From: an uncultured Candidatus Saccharibacteria bacterium
GTDB lineage: Bacteria > Patescibacteriota > Minisyncoccia > Phycocordibacterales > UBA1006
Direction of reading: 5' to 3'
Length of the DNA: 64,000 nt
NCBI GenBank assembly: GCA_964350165.1
Contig: CAYGJA010000002.1
Location: 119,822-183,821, forward strand
This document shows positions 1-8,437 of the stretch, piece after piece. How positions within the stretch are numbered: the stretch's first letter is position 1; every line of letters starts with the position of its first letter. The translations under genes were made by a program, and so were the position numbers. The notes under the pieces were generated by a model. It had not been told where the DNA came from, made no database searches, and saw nothing but the letters and a program-made list of their open reading frames with translations.

Positions 1-2
1 TA

Positions 3-491
3 AAATCCCCAAAACTAAAACCTTACCTTCATAAAATAGTCTTGCGTATTCCAATGATTAAGGATCTGATCAAGGAAATAAATACCGCCAGAACCGCTCG
101 CACCCTTTCTTCTCTTTTGAGTTCGGGTGTGACTCTTACTCGAGCCCTTACTATCACCGAAGAAGTACTCCAGCACGTTGATTACAAGCAAGTGCTTCAT
201 GATGCTGGCGATCGTGTAGAGAAGGGGGTCTCTTTGGCTGAAGTGTTTGGTGGATATCCCAAACTATACCCACCTATGATGTCGGAAATGATGGAGGTTG
301 GTGAAGAAACCGGCAACTTGTCGCAAATGCTACTTGATATTGCGGTTTTTTATGAAGAAGAAGTTGAGGCGAAAACAAAAAACCTATCGACTATTATCGA
401 GCCGTTCCTCATGGTGATTATTGGTGGCGCGGTAGGTTTCTTTGCTGTTTCAATGATTCAGCCAATGTATTCAGTGCTCGAGAATTTCTAG
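3..491 (+). CDS. pilC: Type IV pilus/T2SS platform protein PilC/GspF family, C-terminal fragment. The reading frame is open to the window start, so the 5' end lies outside the window.
   Basis: The frame is open from nt 3. The C-terminal hydrophobic segment IIEPFLMVIIGGAVGFFAVSMIQPMY is typical of the GspF/PilC C-terminal domain. Prepilin genes follow immediately. Confidence 0.5.
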   Translation, partial: KSPKLKPYLHKIVLRIPMIKDLIKEINTARTARTLSSLLSSGVTLTRALTITEEVLQHVDYKQVLHDAGDRVEKGVSLAEVFGGYPKLYPPMMSEMMEVGEETGNLSQMLLDIAVFYEEEVEAKTKNLSTIIEPFLMVIIGGAVGFFAVSMIQPMYSVLENF

Positions 492-497
492 AATACT

Positions 498-2279
498 ATG
501 CAAAAAAAAGGTTTTACATTAATAGAAATACTTGTTACCGCCAGCATTTTTGCATTGGTGGGGGTTGGTTTTTATCAGGTATATACCAGTATTATTACCA
601 CCACAAACACGCTTCGCCTTAAAAATATGGCTATTTTTGTAGCTAATTCACAAATCGAGCTTGTGCGTAATGCGGCTTACGGTGATGTTGGGATTGTGGG
701 TGGGCTTCCGACTGGAATTTTTGACCAAGTTATTTCCGTGGACATGAATGGTGTTACTTTTCAGGTGGAAAAAATCATTCGTAGTATTGATGAGCCTTTT
801 GATGGAACAATTGGTGGCCAGCCGGATGATTTATCTCCTGCGGATAATAAATTAGTCCAGGTAACGGTGTCTTGCCCGACTTGTGCTGACTTTAATCCCA
901 TTTCACTTACGGCGCGGGTGGCTCCACGGTACCTAGAGTCTGCCTCTACTAACGGAGCAATGAGGATTCGAGTTTTTGATTCGGGAGGCGTCCCAATTCA
1001 GGGTGCCCGAGTACAAATTGATAACGACGCCGAAGACCCCCCAATATCTTTCGTGGACACCACTAATGATGCTGGTCAATTGTTGATTGTTGATGCTCCT
1101 CCGGGATTGGAGACATATCAGATTAGCGTTTTGAAAGATGGGTTTTCTAGTGAGCGCACGTATGCCGCTGGAGAAGACGGGGTCCTTAATCCGGTAAAAT
1201 TAAACCTCACTGTTGCAACTGGAACCGTGGCGGAGGTTAGCTTTGCAATTGATATTCTTTCAGATTTGAGTCTTTCCAGTGTTACTACTGCATGTGTGGC
1301 AGTTCCCGATCTGGCTTTTACTTTGACCGGTTCAAAATTGCTTAGCAGCGATCCTGATTTATTAAAATACGATACCCCTCACCAAACCAATGGCGGGGGT
1401 ATTTTGACAATCGCAGATTTGGAATGGGATACCTACTCCCTCGTATCTTCGGACGAAACTTACACTATTGTTGGTATGAGTCCAATGAGTCCTTTTTCGG
1501 TTGATCCGGGTCAGAGCGAAGACATTCTTTTGGTGGCCGACGTTAGTGATCCCTACATGTTGACAGTCGCTGTGCTTGGTGACGACACAGGATTGCCTTT
1601 GGCTGGTGCCGAGGTTTCTATTTCTGGTCCTGGTGGTTATAGCGAGCTTCAGATCACAAACGTAGGTACTCAACAACAAGGTGACTGGTCTGGAGGGGGA
1701 GGGCAAGAGAGCTTTGTCCAAGACAATCGCTTCTATGATCAATCGGGAATTGATTACCTTGCAAATCCAGGTCAAATCCAACTACAAGACTCGGGTGGTG
1801 TTTTTGTATCTTCTGGTCAGCTAATTTCGTCTACTTTTGACATGGGTGACGATGGTATTGTTCGTTCTTTTTCTTGGAATCCGTTGATTCAGGTTACGGG
1901 AGAAGATAGTTTGCGGTTTCAGCTGGCATCTAATAACGACAACAGTACTTGGAATTTTATCGGTCCCGATGGAACTTCCAATACCTACTATACCGCCACA
2001 AATCGTACGGTTTATTCTGGTCATGAAGGAGATAGATATATGCGATACAAAGCTTTTCTTTCGACGATGGACGAAGAAAATACTCCCATTTTGGCAAATA
2101 CGTTTTTAACCTTTACCTCTTCTTGTGTTCCTCCTGGGCAGGTGACTTTTATGGGATTACCGCAGGTGGGCAGTTATGATGTGGTCGTGTCTGCCGCTGG
2201 CTATAATCCAGCCACAAGCACAGTATCGATTCAAAATGACTGGCAAGGTGTTACCCTGAGATTAGAGACTCCTTCTTGA
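498..2279 (+). CDS. Large prepilin-type protein (type IV pilin-like / pseudopilin) with an N-terminal cleavage/methylation motif
   Basis: The N-terminus MQKKGFTLIEILVTASIFALVGV is a class III signal: G|FTLIE followed by a hydrophobic helix. At 593 aa it resembles a large minor pilin or tip adhesin. Confidence 0.6.
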   Translation: MQKKGFTLIEILVTASIFALVGVGFYQVYTSIITTTNTLRLKNMAIFVANSQIELVRNAAYGDVGIVGGLPTGIFDQVISVDMNGVTFQVEKIIRSIDEPFDGTIGGQPDDLSPADNKLVQVTVSCPTCADFNPISLTARVAPRYLESASTNGAMRIRVFDSGGVPIQGARVQIDNDAEDPPISFVDTTNDAGQLLIVDAPPGLETYQISVLKDGFSSERTYAAGEDGVLNPVKLNLTVATGTVAEVSFAIDILSDLSLSSVTTACVAVPDLAFTLTGSKLLSSDPDLLKYDTPHQTNGGGILTIADLEWDTYSLVSSDETYTIVGMSPMSPFSVDPGQSEDILLVADVSDPYMLTVAVLGDDTGLPLAGAEVSISGPGGYSELQITNVGTQQQGDWSGGGGQESFVQDNRFYDQSGIDYLANPGQIQLQDSGGVFVSSGQLISSTFDMGDDGIVRSFSWNPLIQVTGEDSLRFQLASNNDNSTWNFIGPDGTSNTYYTATNRTVYSGHEGDRYMRYKAFLSTMDEENTPILANTFLTFTSSCVPPGQVTFMGLPQVGSYDVVVSAAGYNPATSTVSIQNDWQGVTLRLETPS

Positions 2280-2896
2280 TTATGTTTTCTAGATATACCA
2301 ACAAGCATGGTCTGACTTTGGTTGAGCTGGTTCTGGCAGTTGCTATTGGATCACTTATTACTCTTGCGATTTATAATTTTGCCGGAAACACCATTCGTTA
2401 TCAAGATGAATTTAAGGGGCGCCTAGCTATGCTGGATGATGTCCGTCAAGTTTTACGCCCGATGGCTTCGGAGTTGAGGCAAATGCAAGATTCTAGTGTG
2501 GGTGGATATGCAATAGAATTGGTAGCCTCAGACACGATTGTTTTTTTTAGTGATATTTTGGCAAACAATTATCGAGAAAGAGTTCGGTATTTTTTGGAAG
2601 AAGGATCCCTAAAAAAAGGAGTGGTTACTCCTACTGGAAACCCTTTAGCCTATGATTTGAACAACGAAGTGGTCACAACACTCATGAAAAATGTTACCAA
2701 TGTGACTTTTCGTTATTATGATGAATCATATTCAGGGGCAACGGGGCAAGGCGCTCTTGTTCATCCCTTTCCCGCCATCGACGTCCGCATGGTTGAGATT
2801 GATGTTTCTATTGATGACGATGCCAATGTTTTACCAAACCCTTTAGGGCAAGTTAGTGCATTTGCACAATTGCGAAACCTAAAAGATAATTTATAA
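2276..2896 (+). CDS. Prepilin-type N-terminal cleavage/methylation domain protein (minor pilin)
   Basis: The N-terminus contains HGLTLVELVLAVAIGSLITLAIY, a prepilin motif. There is a 4-nt overlap with the upstream gene, indicating an operon. Confidence 0.6.
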   Translation: MIMFSRYTNKHGLTLVELVLAVAIGSLITLAIYNFAGNTIRYQDEFKGRLAMLDDVRQVLRPMASELRQMQDSSVGGYAIELVASDTIVFFSDILANNYRERVRYFLEEGSLKKGVVTPTGNPLAYDLNNEVVTTLMKNVTNVTFRYYDESYSGATGQGALVHPFPAIDVRMVEIDVSIDDDANVLPNPLGQVSAFAQLRNLKDNL

Positions 2897-2898
2897 AC

Positions 2899-4323
2899 AT
2901 GCACCACTTACTTCGATCACAGAATCAAAAAGGAACTGCCCTGGTGACTCTGTTGGTTTTTGTGGGGATTGCTTTGTATATTTCCGTAGCATTTGTTTCT
3001 TGGGCCGGAACTAGTGTCCGTGCTGGGCGGCACTTGGAACAACGAGAACAGGCTTTTCATGTAGCGGAAGCCGGGCTCGAGTATTATCGTTGGTTCTTGG
3101 CTCACTCTGCTATTAATCCAGGAGAAGCGCCTCCGACCCCTGACGAACCTCTTAATGTTTTTGATGCAGAAGGAAATCTGATTGGCTCAGCCACCTTTTC
3201 TATTACCGCCCCAATTGCAGCTTCAACGGTTATTCAGGTTGATGTCACTGGCTCTGTGACCGGAACATCTTCTGGTGTGGATAGAACCTTGCGAAGCAAT
3301 TTGGCTATTCCTTCTTTTGCAAAATATTCCCTGGCTTCTAACAATGATGTTCGCTTGGGAGAAGGAACAGAAGTGTTTGGAGAGCTTCATTCTAATGGGG
3401 GAATACGTTTTGATGGTTTTTCTAACAACATTGTAACGAGTGCCAAAGAATCATATGATGACCCTGATCATACTGGGCCGTTTGAGTTTGGTGTGCATAC
3501 TCACATTAGTCCAGTTGATCCCACACCACCATCAGCTGTTCCTGAGCGACCTGATGTTTTTGGTGCCGGGAGACGATTTCCGGTACCACAAGTAGATTTT
3601 GCCGGTATTACTCAGGATTTATCTAATTTAAAAACAGCTGCTCAGAATGACGGCCTGTATTTTGCTCCTTCGGGCCGCCAGGGTTATCAAATAGAATTTA
3701 ATACTAATGGAACTTTTGATATTTGGGAGGTGAGAAGTGTTTACAGCTTGAGTTCTAATTGTGCTTGGTATTCTGGAGATAGTAGTTCTTGGAGTGTGAG
3801 ACGAACCAGAAATCGACAAACATATACTATGCCGAACAACGGCATTATCTTTGTGGAAGATAACGTTTGGGTACAGGGCCAAATTAATGGTGAGCGAGTA
3901 ACGATTGGCTCTGGTGTTTTCCCTGATACTCCGGCTACTAGGACCAGTATTATCGTTAATGAGGATTTGCTTTACAGCAACTATGATGGAACCGATGCTA
4001 TTGCCTTGATTGCTCAGCAAGACATACACGTTGGTTTTTATTCACAGGACACGCTTCGTATCGATGCGGCTTTGGTGGCTCAGAATGGACGAGTAGGGAG
4101 GCCTTATTATTCCGTCGCTTGTGGTTCATACGCTATTCGTGACGCAATCACTGTAACCGGAATGATTGCCAGCAATGAGCGCTACGGTTTTGCTTATACC
4201 AATGGCACTGGTTATGACCAGCGAGACTTAATTTATGATGCTAATTTGTTGTATTCGCCACCGCCTAATTTTCCACTTACTTCTGATGAATACGAAATTC
4301 TAACCTGGGAAGAATTAGAATAA
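2899..4323 (+). CDS. PilX-like type IV pilus minor pilin/assembly protein
   Basis: The N-terminal TM helix is followed by QAFHVAEAGLEYYRW, which resembles the PilX N-terminal motif. It is the next gene in the same operon. Confidence 0.5.
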   Translation: MHHLLRSQNQKGTALVTLLVFVGIALYISVAFVSWAGTSVRAGRHLEQREQAFHVAEAGLEYYRWFLAHSAINPGEAPPTPDEPLNVFDAEGNLIGSATFSITAPIAASTVIQVDVTGSVTGTSSGVDRTLRSNLAIPSFAKYSLASNNDVRLGEGTEVFGELHSNGGIRFDGFSNNIVTSAKESYDDPDHTGPFEFGVHTHISPVDPTPPSAVPERPDVFGAGRRFPVPQVDFAGITQDLSNLKTAAQNDGLYFAPSGRQGYQIEFNTNGTFDIWEVRSVYSLSSNCAWYSGDSSSWSVRRTRNRQTYTMPNNGIIFVEDNVWVQGQINGERVTIGSGVFPDTPATRTSIIVNEDLLYSNYDGTDAIALIAQQDIHVGFYSQDTLRIDAALVAQNGRVGRPYYSVACGSYAIRDAITVTGMIASNERYGFAYTNGTGYDQRDLIYDANLLYSPPPNFPLTSDEYEILTWEELE

Positions 4324-4345
4324 TCTTGAGTGGTATACTGAGTAA

Positions 4346-7138
4346 ATGTTAGATCCTGGTTCAAATGAGACGCCGCTTTCTTCTCCAAATTTAGAATTGG
4401 AGCAATTACGAGCCCAAGTAGAAAAGCAAGAACAGCAATTGGCAGAATTAGGAGTTCAGCCAGAACGCGCACGGGTGCAGGCCGCAGAGCAGGTGGTGCA
4501 ACAGGTTAGGGCAGAATCAGAGCAGGCCCCTTCCGCTCAAACCCTTCAAAAAGAAGTTAATTCGATTGATGTTGCTCGATATGGGCTTTCTCCAGAGCAA
4601 GACGATGTAATTATCCAACAGTTATTCTCTCTTGCCTCCGAGCGAGGCATCAAGGAAACCTTTGCGGCTATCCAAAAAATGAATAATCCTCACATTGATG
4701 ACGATTTTCATCGTTTTTTAGTGCAGTACCTTATCAATAATGCTCGTTTGCCTGGTATCCCAGCCGGGACCGAATTGTTTCGAGCTATTAATATGTCTCT
4801 TTTTGAGGTTACTCTGCCAGAAGTGCACCCGGGAGAAAAGGGTAAGCAATTGCGAGAATTAATGAATCTCATGGAGCAATTTTATGCGGGAATGCTTTCG
4901 GTTGCTACCGATAGTAGCAACTCAACTCATAATTATTTTACCCTTGAAATTGCCAACACGGCTACCTCCGACCACATTGTTTTTTATTGTGGAGTACCGA
5001 ACACAAAAATGCAGTTGTTTGAAAAACAGATTTTAGGACTGTATCCGGAGGCAAGAATCGAAAGGGTTCCGGATGACTATAATGTTTTTAATCGAGAGGG
5101 GGCAGCAGTAGGGGCTTATGCAAAATCCGTAAAAAGCGATCTGCTTACTATTAAGACCTATGACAAGATAGACCATGATCCATTAGACATTGTTCTTAAC
5201 GTTTTTTCAAAGTTAGACACTTTTGGTGAGGGGGCAGCACTGCAGATTATCGTCCAGCCAGCCGGCGATAAGCATTTTAAAAGAACGAAAAAAGCTCTTG
5301 AAAAAGTAAAAGATGGCCTTAGTGTACAAAAAGCAGAAAGAGAGGTGGACAGTGTGGTGGCGGGAATTTTTAAAATTGGAAAAGAAATAATTATGGGGGC
5401 CAAAAAAGACGAACTTGGCCAAGAGAAAAAGATTGACGAGGCTGCTATACAGTCTATGAATCAAAAAATTGAAAGCACAATTGTGGAAACAAACTTGCGC
5501 ATTGTGGCTTCGTCTCACAACGAAGTTCGAGCAAAAAAAATACTAGGAGACATGCAGTCTGCGTTCAATCAATTTGCCGACACGCAGGGCAATGCCATTC
5601 AGTTTGCTGAATTAACGGGGGCGCTAGAAAAAGATTTGTTTCATCGATTCAGTTATCGTCAATTTTCTCCAAAACAAGCCCTGAACCTTAATCTGCGAGA
5701 ACTGGCTACTATTTTCCATTTTCCTCAGGATGTTGATAATGCTCCCCAGCTGAAGCAGGCAGCCGCCAAAACTGCTCCGGCGGATATGCTCGTTCCAAGC
5801 GAGGGTCTTTACATGGGAAAGAATCAGCATCGAAACCAAGAGCGGAATATTTTTATGACACCCAAGGACAGAGTTCGGCATTTCTATGTTATTGGACAAA
5901 CTGGTACCGGTAAGACTTATTTTCTTCGACATTTGATAAAACAAGATATTGAAAATGGAGAGGGTTGTTGTTTTATTGATCCACACGGGTCTGATGTTGA
6001 CGAGATTTTGTCATATGTTCCCAAGGAAAGAATTGACGATGTTATTTATTTTGATCCTGCTTATGCGCCCAGGCCAATGGGGCTTAATATGCTCGAATAT
6101 GATACTCGTTTTCCAGAGCAAAAAACTTTCGTAGTAGACGAAATGCTAAGTATCTTTAACAAATTATTCGACATGAAGACAGCCGGAGGGCCCATGTTTG
6201 AGCAGTATTTTCGTAATGCCACCATGTTGGTGATTGACGATCCGTCTTCGGGGAACACCCTACTAGAGATTTCGAGGGTTTTGGCCGATGACAAATTTAG
6301 GGAAATGAAGCTTTCGCGATGCCGTAATCCAATCGTGATTCAGTTTTGGCGTGAGGTGGCCAGCAAGGCTGGAGGAGAAGCTTCTTTGCAAAATATTGTT
6401 CCGTACATCACAAGTAAGTTTGACGTATTTTTGTCAAATGAAATTATGCGCCCTATTGTTGGGCAACCAAAATCTGCTTTTAATTTTCGAGATATCATGG
6501 ATAATCGCAAGATTTTGTTAGTTAATCTTTCCAAAGGAAGACTAGGGGAGATAAATGCAAACCTAATTGGACTTATTTTGGTAGGAAAGATTTTGATGGC
6601 GGCTTTGTCTCGAGCAGATACGGCCGACCTTAAAACGCTGGCGCCGTTTTATCTTTACATCGATGAATTTCAGAATGTAACCACAAATTCTATTTCTCAA
6701 ATTCTTTCTGAGGCTCGAAAGTATGGCTTGGGTCTTAATATTGCCCATCAGTTTATTGCTCAGCTTCAGGATGATATTAAAAATGCCGTGTTTGGAAACG
6801 TTGGTTCGGTTGGGGTTTTTCGTATTAGCCCCGACGATGCCGAATACCTCGAACGCAGGTTGGCGCCAACTTTTTCTGCTCAAGACATCATGAAGTTGAC
6901 CATGGGAAATTATTATTTACAGATGCTTGGCAACGGCACACCCTTAAAACCTTTTAATGTGCAGGTTCCAGAGATTATCGGCGGCCGAATGGATATTGTT
7001 CCAAAATTAAAGCAATATTCATATCTAAAATATGGCCGAGATAGAGATCAGGTTGAAAATGAAATTATGGCAAAATATGAAGCCGCTCGAAAACCAGCAG
7101 AACAAGCCCCTGCGCCACCAAATCCTTTTGGTCTATAG
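4346..7138 (+). CDS. P-loop NTPase, HerA/VirB4/TraG(VirD4)-like (AAA_10/DUF87-type), with an N-terminal coiled-coil region
   Basis: It has a Walker A motif (VIGQTGTGKTYFL) followed by FIDPHGSD, which resembles the DPKGE-like motif of TraG/TrwB. It has a Walker B motif (FYLYIDEFQNV). There is no N-terminal TM segment. Confidence 0.45.
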   Translation: MLDPGSNETPLSSPNLELEQLRAQVEKQEQQLAELGVQPERARVQAAEQVVQQVRAESEQAPSAQTLQKEVNSIDVARYGLSPEQDDVIIQQLFSLASERGIKETFAAIQKMNNPHIDDDFHRFLVQYLINNARLPGIPAGTELFRAINMSLFEVTLPEVHPGEKGKQLRELMNLMEQFYAGMLSVATDSSNSTHNYFTLEIANTATSDHIVFYCGVPNTKMQLFEKQILGLYPEARIERVPDDYNVFNREGAAVGAYAKSVKSDLLTIKTYDKIDHDPLDIVLNVFSKLDTFGEGAALQIIVQPAGDKHFKRTKKALEKVKDGLSVQKAEREVDSVVAGIFKIGKEIIMGAKKDELGQEKKIDEAAIQSMNQKIESTIVETNLRIVASSHNEVRAKKILGDMQSAFNQFADTQGNAIQFAELTGALEKDLFHRFSYRQFSPKQALNLNLRELATIFHFPQDVDNAPQLKQAAAKTAPADMLVPSEGLYMGKNQHRNQERNIFMTPKDRVRHFYVIGQTGTGKTYFLRHLIKQDIENGEGCCFIDPHGSDVDEILSYVPKERIDDVIYFDPAYAPRPMGLNMLEYDTRFPEQKTFVVDEMLSIFNKLFDMKTAGGPMFEQYFRNATMLVIDDPSSGNTLLEISRVLADDKFREMKLSRCRNPIVIQFWREVASKAGGEASLQNIVPYITSKFDVFLSNEIMRPIVGQPKSAFNFRDIMDNRKILLVNLSKGRLGEINANLIGLILVGKILMAALSRADTADLKTLAPFYLYIDEFQNVTTNSISQILSEARKYGLGLNIAHQFIAQLQDDIKNAVFGNVGSVGVFRISPDDAEYLERRLAPTFSAQDIMKLTMGNYYLQMLGNGTPLKPFNVQVPEIIGGRMDIVPKLKQYSYLKYGRDRDQVENEIMAKYEAARKPAEQAPAPPNPFGL

Positions 7139-7142
7139 GAGT

Positions 7143-7170
7143 TTGTTGTGGTTAAAATCTTTGCTATACT
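7143..7170 (+). promoter_or_regulatory. Candidate sigma70-type promoter for ndk (-35 TTGTTG, 16-nt spacer, -10 TATACT)
   Basis: The hexamers were read directly. They lie about 40 nt upstream of the ndk ATG. Confidence 0.3.
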
Positions 7171-7209
7171 CCGGCCACTGTAGAACTATTAAGATTTAAC
7201 AATATATTT

Positions 7210-7812
7210 ATGAATCATCCAAAAAAAGAACGAACTTTTGTAATTCTTAAGCCTGATGCAATTCAGCGCTCATTGGTTGGGGAAATTATCGGTCGTTTTG
7301 AAAAAAGTGGACTGAAGATTGTCCACATGGAAATGAAGGTGCTTGACGAAGACCGTTTATGGAAACATTACGACAAAGACGAAGCCTGGTTTGAAAAAAA
7401 AGGACAAAACACTATCGATAATCTCAAGGAAATTGGTCGCGAAATTACAAAAGAGGCGATTGAGTATGGAAAAGATATTATCCGAGGTCTCATTACTTTC
7501 ATGACCGCTGGGCCAGTTGTTATTTTGGTTATAGAGGGTAATAGCGCGGTTGGGATCGTAAAGAAGATGGTTGGAGGTACCGAGCCACTTACTTCTGATG
7601 TGGGAACCATTCGAGGAGACCTTACCCTGGACTCTTACAACATTGCCAATATTGATGCTCGAGCGGTACGAAACCTCGTTCATTGTTCGGATGAACCAGC
7701 CGAAGCGGAAAGAGAAATAGCTTTGTGGGTTGGAGATGATTCAATCGTTAAGTATCGCCACATTAATGAAGCAATGCTTTATGATGTGAACCTGGACGGT
7801 ATTCTCGAATAG
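7210..7812 (+). CDS. ndk: Nucleoside diphosphate kinase, long form with an internal insertion and a C-terminal extension
   Basis: It has the NDK N-terminus (ERTFVILKPDAIQRSLVGEIIGRFEKSGLKIV), LITFMTAGPVVILVIEG and the catalytic His context NLVHCSDEP. Confidence 0.8.
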   Translation: MNHPKKERTFVILKPDAIQRSLVGEIIGRFEKSGLKIVHMEMKVLDEDRLWKHYDKDEAWFEKKGQNTIDNLKEIGREITKEAIEYGKDIIRGLITFMTAGPVVILVIEGNSAVGIVKKMVGGTEPLTSDVGTIRGDLTLDSYNIANIDARAVRNLVHCSDEPAEAEREIALWVGDDSIVKYRHINEAMLYDVNLDGILE

Positions 7813-7990
7813 GTTAATCTGCTATACTGTTACCAGGCTGGTAGGGAATTGAATCTATCAACACTTATGTATCTGAGAGCCTTGATAGGCGGTGTTTAAG
7901 GCACAGCTTTCTGGCACTCACCTGGTTTCCAGGATCAGATTCAATTACGAAGACCAGCCTATCAAAACACCGCCGTAAGGCGGTTTTTTG
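7813..7990 (+). promoter_or_regulatory. Structured intergenic leader RNA candidate (terminator/antiterminator architecture) between ndk and the downstream membrane-protein gene
   Basis: There are long-range complementary arms at 7838-7856 and 7937-7957 and an internal hairpin CCTGG-ttt-CCAGG at 7921-7933. The segment GGCGGTGTTT (7888-7897) is complementary to AAACACCGCC (7965-7974), the 5' strand of the terminator. Confidence 0.35.
7968..7989 (+). terminator. Rho-independent terminator (stem CCGCC / GGCGG, loop GTAA, T6)
   Basis: The terminator sequence caccgccgtaaggcggtttttt was read directly. Confidence 0.7.
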
Positions 7991-8008
7991 TTGGCAATCA
8001 GTTATACT

Positions 8009-8437
8009 ATGAGGGTGAATCATCAGACTATTCTAAAAAAAGGACTTTTTGTGCTGGCTATTGTCGGAATCGCTCAACTGGTTGCTCAAAAAATAGGACT
8101 GTACTGGATATATCCAAACTTTGATATTCCTATGCATTTTTTTGGAGGTGTGTGGTTAGGTTTTTTGGCAACTTGGGCCGTGCTTCGTTTTTCTTTGGTC
8201 AAGCAGATAGATTCCATGATGTATCTGTTTGTTGTCGGGGTAGTTGCTTTTTTGGTTGGGTTCGGTTGGGAGGCTTTTGAATATCTTGTTGATGGCTGGC
8301 TAAGGGTTGGCATGCAGATAAATCTAATAGACACAAAGCTTGATTTGGTCATGGACTTGCTGGGTGCTTACTGCGTAGCCCTTGGGATACTTATTCATAA
8401 TAGAAACAAAAAAGAGTATGTCTTTACAGAACGATAA
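8009..8437 (+). CDS. Small integral membrane protein (about 4 TM helices), function unknown
   Basis: The protein is hydrophobic (LFVLAIVGIAQLV, VWLGFLATWAVL, LFVVGVVAFLVGFGW, LLGAYCVALGIL). The ORF track starts it at TTG 7988. The ATG at 8009 is more likely the true start. Confidence 0.45.
   Translation: MRVNHQTILKKGLFVLAIVGIAQLVAQKIGLYWIYPNFDIPMHFFGGVWLGFLATWAVLRFSLVKQIDSMMYLFVVGVVAFLVGFGWEAFEYLVDGWLRVGMQINLIDTKLDLVMDLLGAYCVALGILIHNRNKKEYVFTER

Noticed and set aside
1362-1781. Antisense and overlapping ORFs inside long genes were examined. Examples are 1362-1781 -, 3628-4029 -, 23975-24736 - (Ser-rich), 28010-28471 -, 41478-41915 - and 44907-45140 - with its duplicate 45999-46307 -.
   Set aside because: They are fully embedded in much longer, motif-supported ORFs on the opposite strand. 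Their composition-driven low-complexity products are typical of spurious shadow ORFs. The duplicated pair simply reflects the 272-nt DNA repeat.
7813-7990. A TPP riboswitch was considered because of the CUGAGA box at about 7873; a fluoride or guanidine riboswitch was considered because the downstream gene is a small 4-TM protein.
   Set aside because: The sequence lacks the GGGGUGC P2 motif and the 3' ACCUGAUCUGGAUAAUGCCAGCGUAGGGA block of the thi-box. The downstream protein lacks CrcB (GTxxR/TTFSTF) or SMR (TM1 Glu) signatures.
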